DNA from: Azolla caroliniana
Taxonomy: Eukaryota > Plantae > Polypodiophyta
Reading direction: 5' to 3'
DNA length: 64,000 bases
NCBI GenBank assembly: GCA_043228905.1
Contig: JBHGNT010000009.1
Coordinates: 17,236,001-17,300,000 of the forward strand
Shown here: positions 22,330-36,690 of the stretch, in pieces
Layout: every line of letters starts with the position of its first letter
Numbering within the stretch: the stretch's first letter is position 1
The notes under the pieces: model-generated
What the model saw: only the letters and a program-made list of their open reading frames with translations
What the model was told of the DNA's origin: nothing
The model's database searches: none
Translations under genes and position numbers: made by a program

Positions 22330-25300
22330 TGTCAGAACCAAGAGAAAAGATAGAGTGGTGGAAGAAAGATGTAAAGAGATCACAAGAAGAGAGGAATGAA
22401 GTGATAAGAGAAGAATGAATGTATTAAGATAGAATGAGAATGAATACAAGATAGGCAATGAGAGCTTAAGACTGGTGTTTATTCGAATTGGTTTGAGAAG
22501 AATTGTATGTCTATATTTATAGGTTCCTATAGAATAGCCTAGAGATTTCTATAATGTTCTAGACCTAGAATATTCTAAGATGTTCTAAGATATTCTAGAA
22601 TGTTCTAGAGTATTTACAATAATTAGTATATTATACGAAGTAATTTTTATTATTTTATATGATCATAGGCTATCTTAATGGTAAGGTTCTTGATTATGTA
22701 TTACAAGGTCTTGGGTTCAACCCTAGGTGAAGCCATGATGTTTCTATATTCATGACATTATCTCCCCTTTGAAAACGACAAGTGGAAGGTGGCATTAACA
22801 ATGTAGGGCCCGATTTGTTTGGATAACGGCTGACGAGTTCCCAAGTGCGATCACTCAGAGGATAGCCTACCCAATCAACCAGATAATAGAGCTTATTCCG
22901 CACAATCTTAGAATCGAGAATAACAACAACCTCGTATTCAGGGTCGTCAACAAGTTGGACAGAGGGCGGAGGTGGCATGACACGAGTAGGAATGGAAGAG
23001 GTGCGACAAGGTTCCAAAAGAGAGCTATGAAAGACTGGGTGAAGTTGCATGTGTGCTGGAAGATTAAGATGAAAGGTTGCATCATTAATCCGCGGAGTGA
23101 TGAGAAAAGGACCTAAGCGTTGATAATCGAGCTTCTCACATAACTAGGTAGTCTTGATGTGACGACGAAGCAACCATACTTGGTCACCAACCTTAAAAGG
23201 AGACTTAAGAAGATGGTGATCCGCATTGGTCATATGTTGTGCTTGAGGTGTTTGAAGATGTGAAGATAACATTAACTGGATTTAGTGTAGTCGATGAAAG
23301 TGATGCTCAACACTAGGGTTTCATATGACCTTGAGAAGATCCAAGATACACCATTGAGGATGATTTCCAGTGTAGGCAAAGAAAGGTATAACCTTGGTAG
23401 AAGAGTGTACAATGTTATTGTATGCAAACTTAGCAAGATGTAAAATATTACTCCAATCATCTTGTTAATAACTGATGAAGCATCGAAGATACTGCTAGAG
23501 TGTTTGATTCGTGCGCTCTGTTTGTTTGTCGGTATGTGGATGATAAGCCGAAGAGAGTTTGCAGGAGATTTTGAGGCCTGCCCATAGGTGCTTCCAAAAG
23601 TGAGAGATAAATTGAGGACAACAATCGGTAATTATATTGTCTAGAAGACCATGATGGCGAAACACTTCACGCATAATGATATCTGCGGATTCCTGACTAC
23701 TGATGCTCTTTACACATGGTAAAAAATGTGTCATCTTAGTAAATTGATCCACTACTGTTAAAATAGTATCAAATCCTTTTGAAGGTGACAGATCCGTAAT
23801 GAAATCCATAGAAATAGACTGTCATGGCTTGGTCGGAGGCGGCAATGGTTGTAACAAGCCATAAGGATGATGTCTGGGTATTTTGGCTCGACAACAAGTG
23901 TCACATGTACAAACGTAATCTTCAACAAAGTTTTCCAAACGAGGCCACCAAAATGAGCGCTTCACCAACTCCATGGTCTTGGCAATACCAAAATGTCCAG
24001 CCATAGGGGCATCATGACAATGCTTTAATACTTAAGGCGGGGTGATCCATCAGGGACGTAACGGAGATTCTCGTAAAAGAGTAAGTCATCTTGCCACTTG
24101 AAGTCCTGATAGTGTTGAGATGACCCTTGCAATGTGGAGCAAGATGCATGGCTCTGACTAATGTGGGCCAAGACATCCTTGGCGAAATCATTAGAGTGAA
24201 GTCATTGCCGAATAGTATCAACAAGGTGTGAATCAAGCGGTATGGCATAAATTGTTGTTGCTTGTAGCTTTGATGGTCCTAGGAGAATTTGCTTTTGATT
24301 GTCGAAGGCCAGATCTCTAGGTTGAGGTGTGAGATATGAATGCCGAGATAGAGCATATGCCTTCCCTTGTTGTTTCCCGGGGTAGAAAAAATCTTGAAAT
24401 CAAAACGAGTTAGAAACTGTGCCCATCAAGCTTGTCTCCTATTTGACACTCGAGTTGTTTGACAATACATAAGATTTTTGTTATCACTTTAAACGATGAT
24501 TTGATGAGCGGTTCTTCCAAGAAATGTCATCATTGCTCGAAAGAGTTGACCACAACTAGTAACTCCTTGTCATGCACCTCGTAGTTTATCTCCGCAGTTG
24601 TAAATTTTCTCGAGTGAAACGCGACTGCATGGGATTGCCTGTCCTTGCCCGGTTGTGATAGGATACTCCCCAATGCAAAGTCGAACACATTCGCCTTAAT
24701 GGTAAATGGCTTTCCGGGATCAATATGCGCTTAGATAGGAGCTGATGTGAATGCCTCTTTGAGTTGAGTCAGTAGTCCAAACAAACGCTTGATTTTTCTT
24801 GGTGAGTTGGGTGAGAGGCAACACGATCTTTGAATAATTCCATATGAATTTGCGATAGAAGTTAGCAAAACCGAGGAAACATTGGATGTCTCGAACAAAA
24901 CGTGGGGGTTGCCATTCCAATATTGTATTGACTTTTGCTGGATCGATGAAGATACCCTTGGATGAAATAGTATAACCCAAGAATTAGACTTGTTTGCGAT
25001 CAAAACTGCACTTCTCAAGTTTTGGCATACAAACCATACTTTCTTAAGCATTCAAGTACTTTCCGGACATGTATATCATACTCCTCCTGTGTGTTAGAGT
25101 AAATCAACAGATCATCTAAATAGATGATGGGAAAGATATCTAGAAAATCCCGGAAAATGTCATTTGTCATATGTTGGAAAACTGCAGGTGCATTTGTGAG
25201 CCTGAAAGGCATATGATTGTATACTCGAAATGACCATACCGAGTGCGAAATGCAATTTTCCACTCATCTCCCGGTCGAATGCGAACAAGATTATATGCAC

Positions 25301-27555
25301 CCCTTAAATCAATATTTGTAAAATGCTTTGCCCCACCAATGCACTCGAAAAGACTAGAGATTATAGGTAGAGCATACCTATTTCTTATGGTGACTTATTT
25401 AATACCCGATAGTCCACGACCAAACGAAGCAAACTGTCCTTTTTCTTCACAAAAAATATAGGAGCACCGGCATGAGACTTTAAATGTTGAATAAACCCAT
25501 GTGCAAGATTCTCTTCGATGTATTCTCAAAGAACCTCAAGCTCAGTTGGTGATAGATTGTAGATCGGACCCCACAATTGCTCTTTCCTGGTTGGAGGTCA
25601 ATGGGACAAATGCACAACCGATGCTTTAGAAGTACACTAGTTTTGACTTTGTTGAAAACATCAGCATATTCTTGATATTTTTCAGGAATTTGGATGTCTG
25701 AATTTCCTTGAGTGGCACTAGGTGTCACTGATATTGCAAATAAGAAAAGTTCCTCCTTTCCTCCCACTTGGGACAATTGTTGGAATGTGATGGTTGAGAC
25801 TTGATGAAAAGGAGATGCTGCACTGGTAGAACTATATTCTTTAAGGGAATAGTCCTAGGTTCGATCCTTAGCAATGATGTTTTCTGTTGAAGGGCACCAA
25901 ATTTCTCGCCTCCTCCAATCGATTCTTGAGTTATGTAACTCGAACCATGGCAAACCAAGGACAATTGGATGCTCGGGGCTAAGGATTATGTTAAAGGAAA
26001 CTACACATCCTGAATCACCTAAGAGTATGTGTATTGTCTCAAACTCTTCGAATATCTTCCCGGAAGCTATGGGTCATCCATCAATCACTACTACGGAAAC
26101 TAGGCAAGGGTATGCAAGGATATTTAATGGTTTTGGGAAAAATCTCTATCCATGAAACAAGAATTGGCTCTGTTATCTAAGAGGGCTTGGACTTGAAGTT
26201 GACAACTTAGTGTCCTAACTTGTACTTGGGCTAAGAAGACCCTACTAACATGCTTGGATGAAATGGAACCTACACTAGGTTGTATAGATTTCGGGTTGTC
26301 CAGCCAAATGGCTCCTATTTTGGCCACACTTATTCGTTTGACTCCTCTTCTAATTGGCTTAGGACTTCAAACTTATTGGACAAGGGTGGATTATTCATAA
26401 TTTATTTATTTTTCCAAAAGAAGATATTCTTCATTAGTAGAATTCTGCATACACGACGAAATGACTAGACTAAAAATATTACAATGGTTGTAGCCATGAT
26501 GATCTTTGAAAACCATAACTAAGGGAAGTGAAAGACTAAAAAGGAATACCATGAGACATTTTACATGTAATGAACATAGAAGTTTGTCCTCCATTCAAAT
26601 ATGACCATGACCTCCTGTTCACCAATGCAAACAATTTTGCTTTGCTTTCCTTTAACCTATTCTCCATGTTGGAATAAAAATGTGGTGGGCCACCTTGGAC
26701 CCATGTCAGCAGCTACCATCTCCTTCATCTCCATGACCATCGAGAATATACATCTCCTCCACTGTAGTCCTATATATTGTTCATCAGCATGAGAAAATAG
26801 AGGTAAACAGCCTCGTAGACCAATATGATCGTCTTGATCAGCTTACTCTCCCAATATACACATTTCTTCAAATTTCTTTGGTGAGTTCATGTAGGGATGA
26901 TTTGTCAGACTCTTTGTATACCATCTTGGCATGTTGCCAATGTCCACAAAAATCTTGTATTAACAACAAGAAATTCTAATTCAAGAGATCTGCGAACTTG
27001 GATTTAAGATTCTCCATTTCTGGAACAAGGGTGAGATATTCTTCTGAGTTGATGTCGGCCATGGTTTCGTGATGTTTATAGAGGGGGATAAAGGAGAGGG
27101 AGACAATTCGAATCAAACTGTCGGAACCAAGAGAAAAGATAGAGTGGCGAAAGAAAGATGTAAAGAGATCACAAGAAGAGAGGAATGAAGTGATAAGAGA
27201 AGAATAAATGTATTAAGATAGAATGAGAATGGATACAAGATAGGCGATGAAAGCTTTAGACTAGTGTTGATTCAAATTGGTTTGAGAAGAATTGTATGTC
27301 TATATTTATAGGTTCCTATAGAATAGCCTAGAGATCTCTATAATGTTCTAGAATGTACTAGACCTAGAATATTCTAAGATGTTCTAGGATATTCTAGAAT
27401 GTTTCATAGTATTTACAATAATCATTGTATTACAAGCAGTAGCGTTTATCATCTTATATGATCATAGGCTATCTTAATAGTTAGGTTCTCGATTATGTAT
27501 TATAAGGTTTTGGGTTCAAGCCCAGGTGAACCCATGAATTATGTATTAATGAGAC
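22330..27555 (-). mobile_element. Decayed chromovirus (Tcn1-like Ty3/gypsy) with LTRs 22330-22757 and 27119-about 27555
   Basis: Paired LTRs of about 430 bp (TGTCAGAACC / TGTCGGAACC) and a PPT at about 22760-22770. Protease LLDNRANSCF, RT (NAPAVFQ...YLDDLLIYS), integrase (MDFITDL...), and a canonical chromodomain EYEVVVILDSKIVRNKLYYLVDWVGY...TWE. Most of gag is missing. Confidence 0.9.
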
Positions 27556-29940
27556 TAGGTCTCTAAAGTTGTACATGTCCGAGCTTTTTGACCCATTGGA
27601 CCTCGAACACACTAAGTCTTGAACGATTGTCATGGGTCCATCAGCTAAATTATGTGTTTTGAAATACATTAGCTCACTCTTTTTGATATAGAATGTAATT
27701 CCATGGAAAGGGTGGTTGAATACATGCGTAAGGGTCAAAAAAATCCTTGATATTGACTTTCTAGAGTTGCATGGGAAGTAAGAAAAAAGATCCAAAAGAC
27801 ACATAAAACCCAAATCTTGTGTTCTGGTCGAATGCAAGATATGGAAAAATGTTTTGTAAATGCGACATTGTAACACACTTGCTTAATGATGCATGACTAG
27901 ATTCCTCTATAAATGATGCCTTTTTGCAATGGCAATATATCATGACATGGGATAAATGTGGAGGCTCATGCTTCACACATTATACTACACATGTTGCACC
28001 TAACTACAAAACCATATTTTTCCTTGAACGGGGAAATTGTACACATCGGTACATGTTTGAGCCCATCTTGTTGCCTGCCATTCAAACCATTGCTTCCCTG
28101 TGACTTAGCTCACATACATTGCGATGTGAGGTAGGGCGTTGGGGCACAAATGATGAGGTGGTTGATTATGCACACTTTGCCCTAAACAAGTTCGAGAGTT
28201 TGAATATCACACTTTGATACAATGCTTTGCCTTTGATCATATTAAACCATGCTTTCCCCTCATCTTCGACCAAACCCAATCATTGCACAAATTTATCTCA
28301 CAACCACAATGTGCATTTTCTCTTGATTGTAACATTCATTGGTAAAGTTCTTGAACATCGAGAGTCGCTACTCACTTTCACATGTATGTATTACGTGAAA
28401 TGTAAACATTTTTTATCTCATAGGTCATACTTAACCTCCGAAGACAATAATAGAGTGTATTTATGTATGATTCTCAAAATCAAACAAAACCCCAAGAGAC
28501 GTTACAAACAAAATATAAGTAAATACATACCACATACAAGATAGTTGTTGTAATGAGAAGGAAATACATACTAGATAACAAAAGTTCGACACAGTTCTCT
28601 CCATTGTAGATGCAAGTATTTGATTGGTAATGGGGTTTCAGAGATTACCTCCTAGGTTTCAACTTTCAAAATTTGAATATCTAATGCGGTTTTAGGCTCA
28701 TTATAGTGAGGTTAGATGTAGATTGCAACTAGGTTAGAATTTATTCTCAAGTTAGAATTGATGACCAAGTTAGATGCAGATAGTTGATGATGATCGGATT
28801 AGAAAGTATGGGTTGTGTTAGACACAGATAGCTTGATTGGAAAAAATGGCCAAGTCGGAAAGTATGTCTCGGATTAGAAAATTGTACGTTCGAGTTAGAA
28901 AATTTAGCCAGGTTAGATACAAAAAGCCATGTTAGAAATATAAGCCATGCCAAAATAACTATCAGGTTAGAAAAATAGTACAAAAAATGGTTAGGAAATA
29001 GTATGAGAAATAGGTATCTGGAGTAAAATTGGCATGCATTCACTAGATAATGATTTGACGTTGGAGATTTCACACTATTAAAGAAGCATTCCCTAAACTA
29101 TATGTTACTGGGATTATTTCGCCTCTCCCTTTTACTATTTGGTAACATTTAGAAACAAGCCTATAAAAAGACTTGTTATTATCTCTTAACAAGATACATA
29201 GGTATATATGTTCTATGATTTGTTCTTTGTTCGTAATGACATATGCAGGAGAAGGAAAATGTCTTACTAGGACTTTGAAAATCTAAATAGGTTGTGGAGA
29301 AGCACCAAAAGTTATAGTAAGGGGGGTCTAAACTTGGCAATACATTGGTCACAAGTTTCTCAGTACAACTTCAAAACGATCATCCGTTGGTGTACTTGTT
29401 TTGATATTGTAAAAGTTCTAGGGGGATGACATTTTCCGCTACGTTAAATCCCATTTTTATACATAATTTTACTTTGAAATATTGATATTTTATAATGGGT
29501 ATAGATGTTTACATATTGAATAAGATGAGGTAATGTTTAAATTTGTTGACAATTTTAACAAAAGATACTAAGTTCTTGGACAGAGTAAATATGGAGGGTT
29601 AGGATGTAGTGAGTAAACTTGCCAAAACAACACAAGAAGTGAGGGTTCGAGTAGGTTCCAACACTTTAATGAGAGGTTAAGAATTCAAATTTCTTTGGGG
29701 CATTGCTTAGTGTAGTCCACCGACAAGGAAGCCTCATCATAAGGTATAATGAACAAAGGGTCAACCATAACAATGACGATGTATGCATTTTAGTACAATA
29801 GTCATGGGTACCTTGCACTCTCCATGATCCCTTGGATCTAATAAATGTATAGTATTGACACCTTTCTTTCTAGTTAGAAATAAAGTAATTGTCCTATGTA
29901 TTGAATAACCTTAAGAAGTCATAGGTTTAGATGCCAAGAG

Positions 29941-29983
<43 letters not shown>

Positions 29984-31403
29984 CATTGCACAAGGTGCAT
30001 GATCTAAATGCACGAATTGACCAAATTTTCTAAGAATAGAACCGAGCAATGAAAAAAACAAGCAAGCTAGGAGTTGAGCTCAAGGTCCAAGGAAAACCCA
30101 ACATGCAATAAAGGAAACAAACATAGGCTTTTAAGTTTAGACCAACTACATGGAGTCAAAACATTCATCACTATATTAAACCCATCCATGTAAGCATATC
30201 CGAGAACCGGGTTAGGCATAGTTTGTTTTGTTCATGTGCCTCGAATCATGAATGAGAAAACGGGGATTTGAAAGGCCAATTCTAATAACGGACAAAGAAG
30301 ATCTCGAGCACGAGGAGGATAAGGGCAAAGAGTAGTAGCAGTTTACACCAGGCGACAAAGGGGCGATCTCTAGGATGATGTTTTCTCTAGGCATGAGAGT
30401 GGATGGAAAATGAAAGATACCATGGAATGTCAAATCCAATCCATTCCAATTCCAAGGCAATGTAATCCAATCCAATTCAATTCCAATGTAATGTAATGTG
30501 TGCGTGTGTGTAACTAACTAAATGTGGGGGGAATGAGTCATTGAAGGTAAGGGGGGGGGGGGGGGGGGGACACTTCTTTTTGGCGGCCATCCAGATTTAG
30601 TTGTAACTATGTATCGGTTACACCCCTCCCCTCCAACTTCAATGCAAAAGGTATCATCTCCTTTTTCCTGCATTTATAACACATCCATGCAATGCATACA
30701 TACATACATATCATACATGCATTACATGGATACATATCATATATACATATACCATACACATATCATATATACATACCATACATATATCACATACATATCA
30801 TATACATATACATACCATACATATAAATACTGTATCACACACATATCATGATTCATATGTATATACATACCATACATTACCTACCATACATACATAATCA
30901 TCAATGCATGCATGGATACATGACAATAATCCATGTATCCATGCTGTCACACGTGCAGGCATGCATATATGTATACATATCCCATAACAACATCAACAAT
31001 ATAACAATCATAATATATATGATGAGGGATTTCTTCTAAGCATGTATGTATGTATGTATGTATGTATGTCTGTCTGTCTGTCTGTTCTTTTTCAAAAAAA
31101 ATAATTGTGAAGAGGTTTTGTATCATCATCAATCCATGGTGATGATGATGATGATTGCATCTCCATCTCCTACTGTTTCATGATTTCTCATCACCTTCCC
31201 TAACCACCTGCTCCTGGCTATGGCGCACAAACCCTAACACAGATTTTTAAAGCTCAGCCATGTTATGTATATGTACATATATCCTTCTTCTTTCTTTCTT
31301 TCTTTCTTTCTCAGAGGATGTTAACTGGACACAGTGGAATCCCATACATATCATACCCGTGATGTACAAAGAAACGTTATTGAAGCTGGAATAAGACCCC
31401 GCC

Positions 31404-34400
31404 ATGGCGACCTTCGCTAAACCTAGTCGGCCTCATCGCCCCAGCGGGGCTCTGATGATCGATTTGCAGAAGAAGATGCGATGCGTTACAGGCCTCCTCC
31501 GCATTTTCCATCGCCGTCCTTGGTCTCCGAAACAGAGGAAGGCTGGGGGACGAGAATCGCCTGCATTGCTGCTGCCGAGCAAAGCTCACACAAACAGTAA
31601 TGATTCATAACTTAATGAGGATAATGAAGTGGTTTGTGAAACATTTTGGCCTAATGATTTCTGATAGCTAATCAGCTAATCATGTTCAAAACCAAATTTC
31701 ATACTTGCAGGGGATCAGATTAATGGATATATTAAGAATTCACCGATGGGGCCTGATAGCGAGGATGATGTTTCGCCTGCACGGAAGAAGCTAGATTGCT
31801 CCATTGATGTAAAGAAATTGCAGTTCTTGTAGACAATCAAATGCATATGTATATACATACATACACACAGACATGCATGCATGCATTTAGGTATAGATTG
31901 TACAGTAGTTTCAGAAGGATTTAAAAAGATCTAGGATGATGAATGCTATATATATGGTTTGCATATTGGTGCAGGAGATCAATCTTATCGGAGTAGTAGA
32001 CGATAACGATGACGAGGAAGAAGAAAAAGAAGGCGATGAAGAAGATGAAGATCAGAGAAGAGCAAATGTATGGCCGAAAGAAGATCATGCAACAGAGATA
32101 AAGAAAAGTATGAATCTGCTGCATACTTCTTCTCGCTTACACAGGTCGAATTCATCGCCAGAAGAAAGAACCCTAAGGTCTGATGGCTACTCCTCAAACA
32201 TTCAGTATCAGAGCAGATCCCCGGTCCTTCTTCAAGCGAGAAGATCATCTGTTCAATTTGCGAAGAGTATTGAAGGCGACATTCATCTGCAATGGTCGCC
32301 TGGAATCAGACGAGGAAACAGTGATGTTCGATCGGGATCTTATACTACCACTACTCATTATACTAACGGCTCTTCTGAGAGGCGAGATTCTTCTTCTTCT
32401 TCATCTTCGCCTTCGTCTTCTTCTGCCACATTCTTCACCAGCGGTCCTGAGAACCGTCGATCTACACTTGCAGAATGGAAGAGATCTCTGAGAGTGTTGG
32501 CAAAGCTCGGATCCGGCAGTAATGTCAAAATCCCGCAGGAAATGCCTCATGTAATCGCAACGACTCCACCAAGATCAGGCTCTTCTTCACTGTGTCAAAA
32601 CCCTAATTTCAACACAAGGCTTTCAACATCATCATCATCATCATCCTCTCGAGCTAGTAATATTGTAACGAATCATTCTGCATCTCACCATAGCTGTTGG
32701 TTTTCAACGAATCATCATCATCACCATAAAACATCATCACCATCTCCCACAGCAAGGGTTTCTGCTTCTGAATCTGTAGAATCTGTGAAAGATTCGATCC
32801 GTTGGTCTACTGGAAGCAACAGAAGTATAGATATCAACCATAGAAATAATGCGATCCATGAGTCTCCTCGCTTCTCTCTGGATGACAGAGAGTTGCTGAT
32901 GCACAGCTATAGCCATGGCTGCTGTTACAGATCTAATCGCAGTCATCATCATTCTACAGTGCTAGATCCGAATTACTGCTCAGCATGCTCAGCCAGTTCT
33001 TCAAATCTTCGTCCTGCGGGAGGCATTGTTGCACGACTTATGGGTCTGGATGATTTCCCTGCCCTAATTAGGTCGAAATCAGATCGAGAATACAGTAACA
33101 AGACCTGCAATCTAATCACTTACCAGAAGCAAAGACAGCAGCAGCAGCAGCAGCAGCAAAAGACTACAAATTTAGTTACACACAGAGATGAACAGGTTAA
33201 GCGTTGTGAAGATCAGGCGTCGTCATCCTGTTTGTCTGCATTAATGGCTGACAGTATCCCTGCAGCTTCGCCATCTGTTAGCTCATCATCAGCGTCATCC
33301 TCCCTCACGCAGAAGCTCTTTCAGACAGTGGTGCAGGGATCATTGATAAGAACAAATCCATCCGAATCTCCACCTCCATCAGCCGCTGGAGGTAGTCATT
33401 GCCATGGCCATGGCAGATCCAGATTACTGCTACCCAAGAAACAGATAAGAGACGGTCTCCCTCCCATCGTCATCCTGAAGCAGCAGAAGCAACAGTCTGT
33501 TCTTTTGAATAAGATCCACGGAAACATGAGTAACTCCCAGAAGCTGCAGGGCGCGGATCCTATGAAGGTTATCAGGATCCAAACCGATCAATGTCCTACC
33601 GATCATAATAGTTGTAAGCCAGAGCGCAAGACGTTGAAACAGATCCTCGAGGCTTTGGAGAAGAAAGGGTTATTAATCCCTAAGCCTTACATTAGGGAAG
33701 ATTCTCATAAACCAGACGATCAAGCCAATATAATTAGCTCTGATTCGACACAAACAACTGCAGATAGCGTGAGGATGAGATCCTATGATGAATCCAGTCC
33801 AGCGGCGAGTCACTGCTCTGGGGATCAGATGATGATTCTGAAACCCTTACCTAATGTATCTCCGGAGAAGAAGAAGAAGATGATGATGACGATAAAAATG
33901 AAGAGGAATATGAAGATGAAGATGAAGATGATGAAGATGAAGAAGAAGAAGAAAAAGACGACCACGAAGAACCAACAGTGTTTTTCTGATGATCTGCAAC
34001 AAACCAAGACGAATTCTAGTAGTAATGGAGAAAGGATCGAATCCGAAATATCAGTAGTACCTCCTTCTTCTTCTACTACTGCTTCTGCTTCTTGCACCCC
34101 TGTTTGTGTACTGGAATTGGGTCCTGAAGCGCCAATTCTGAATTCAGACAAAGAAGCAAAAGATTCCGCTGTGATTACTACAGAGAATTGTAATGCAGAA
34201 CTTAATCGTAATGAATCAGCTATGGAAGGTTTGGATAACGATAATCAGGCGTTTGCGATACATTGGACTGTCTCTGGATCCGCTACCGATCATGCAACAT
34301 TAGGTGAGACTCTTCATTTGATACTAGTATCAATTTTGAGCTTAAATAATCCGTCTAAAGTTTTTGCTAATTATTCTTTCAACTATTATTGTTCGATTCA

Positions 34401-35330
34401 TGGATAGTATCAGAGGAGCTGAGGGAAAACAGAGATTTTCTATATACACAGCACGTCCTCCAAGCATCAGGATTCCTGACTAGAAAACGATCTACTTACA
34501 TGTCAGGCCGTACTAATCCTGTAATCGATGAGTTCGCCATGGCAGCTCGGTGGCTAGATCATCATCATCATCATAACAACAAAAGCACTAATTATAACAT
34601 CGTTGCTCCGTCTGTTTATGACCAGCTAGAAGAGTATTGGGAGAATTTGGCAGACGAATTAGCTGCACAACAGAGCCGCATCCCAAGTGGCGGTGGTCTG
34701 GATGGATTGGCCATGGAAGGAGGAGGAGGAGGAGAAGAAGAAGAAGGTCGAGACATAGGGGGAGAGCTGTACAGGAAGAGCAGAGAAGCGGCGATGAGGA
34801 GGAAGCTGCTGTTCGATTGCGTGAATGAAGTGCTGGGAAGAATGGCAAGGGCTATGGTGAAGAAAGCAGTAGCCATGGAACCTTGTGAGTACTACTGCAG
34901 TCAAAGGAGCAGGGGAAATGGGTACTACTGTCAGGAGGAGCTGAGGAAGGGGGAGAGCGATGGTGTGGTGAGTGTATGGAGAGTGATAGAGGAGATGGAA
35001 GAAGGAGAAGGAGCTATGGCGAGCTCCAAAAGCAGCAGCAGCAGCAGCAGCATGATGATGATGGACAGAAGAAACAGGAAGAAGCAGAAGGAGGTTGTAG
35101 GAGATTCAGAAGATCTGCTTCTTCTGATGGTGATGATGATGATAAGGAAGAGTGAAGCTCACCATGGCCATGGCCATGACAGTGATGATGGTGATGGTGA
35201 TGGTGATGATGGTGATGAGATGGTGGCCATTGTAGCAGGTCAAGTGGAGGCAGAAATGCTTGACTCCATTGTCCAAGACTTATTATTAACAACAAACACT
35301 AGGAACCCATCCTCCTTTCACCCTCCTTGA
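31404..35330 (+). CDS. LONGIFOLIA / TON1-recruiting motif (TRM) family protein; exons 31404-31596, 31711-31808, 31975-34303, 34408 (or 34414)-35330; about 1180 aa
   Basis: The GT-AG introns have consistent phases (1, 0, 1) and splice into one open frame of 3543 nt. Motifs: N-terminal MRCVTGLLRIFHR, GIVARLMGLD (DUF3741-associated VARLMGL), PIVILK, and DUF4378-like RRKLLFDCVNEVL and VAGQVEAEMLDSIVQDLL. Confidence 0.88.
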
Positions 35331-35893
35331 CTCTGCTTGACCCTCCTTGACCCTTGACCTCCTCTCTTTGTTATACATACATACATACACATATACTATC
35401 ATTATCCTATCATACTATATATATATATACATACATACAAAGCATCATCCCAATTCAATTTTCTTTGTGCCCATCAAATAAGAAGGCCTATACAAGAAGG
35501 CCTCATATATATCTAATGTAGATATATGTGCATGTATGTATTTATGTATGTATGTATGTATGTATACACACTTTGTGTGTGTAACTACTAAATATCAACC
35601 CTCTATCTCTTGGTGTGGCCTAATTCCTCATAATAATAATAATAATGAACCTCATGATGATCCTCCTCCCCCTCTTGTGATAGTAAAAGTATGTGTTCGC
35701 TAGTGCTACTTCTACCGTGTTCCCCTCCTTGGATCCCTCGATCGATGTTCCTTCTCGGATCGATCTCATCTCTGTAGTGTTCTCTATATGTGTCATTCGT
35801 GCACTACAATACATATATTCGAGTGGGTTGTTCTCGCGCACATTGTAGCATCATTTGTATAACTTCTATCTCATGCCATATAATATATGCATT

Positions 35894-35939
<46 letters not shown>

Positions 35940-36397
35940 GGGTCATATTTGACCTCCTAAGACGGTAATAGAATCTATCTATCTCTATGAAAACACACAA
36001 TTATATTAATTTAGCATGCGAAAAACTCTACATTGGTACTATAATTGTGTTTTAGTTGATATTGTAACATGGGGAGTGGAATACATTGGTACCATAATTG
36101 TGTTTTAGTTGATATTGTAACGTGGGGAGTGGAATACGTTGAAACGCTATAAACATGAAGAGAGCTCTTGTCTAATTGAATAACCTTAAAAAGCAATCAC
36201 TTGTTGCAAATTTCATCCCTAATTAAAAGTTAATCCTAAAGTAAAGTCATTTGCTAGCAAATGTAAGTGGGAATGTTAGTTGTGCTCTAAGATTTGTCAC
36301 CAACCATTATTAGTCTTGCTAGCATACCATTCCTGTTAGTTGTAGATGTTGTATCTTTCTCTCTTCATATAGGGTGCAATCAACTCTTATGGACATG

Positions 36398-36690
36398 TAT
36401 ATGAATTATAATCACCTATACGAGAAATTAAACATGGGAGGATTGATGCATTATGGTTCTCTTTCATATATGCCTCCTTTACTTTTAGAATGTTTGCATA
36501 AAGCTTAAGAAATTTACCACTCACAAAGGTAGGAGATCTTCATATGAATTACAATCACCTATACAAGAAATTAAACATGGGAGGATTTATGCATTATGGT
36601 TCTCTTTCATATATGCCTCCGTTGTTTTTTAGAATGTTTGCATAAAGCTTAAGAAATTTATCACTCACAAAGGTAGGAGATCTTCATGGT
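36398..36690. repeat. Tandem duplication of about 142 bp
   Basis: TATGAATTAYAATCACCTATA...AGGTAGGAGATCTTCAT is present twice, adjacent. Confidence 0.9.

Noticed and set aside
30609-31132. His/Tyr/Ile-rich ORFs upstream of the TRM gene
   Set aside because: They derive from (CATA)n/(TA)n low-complexity sequence.
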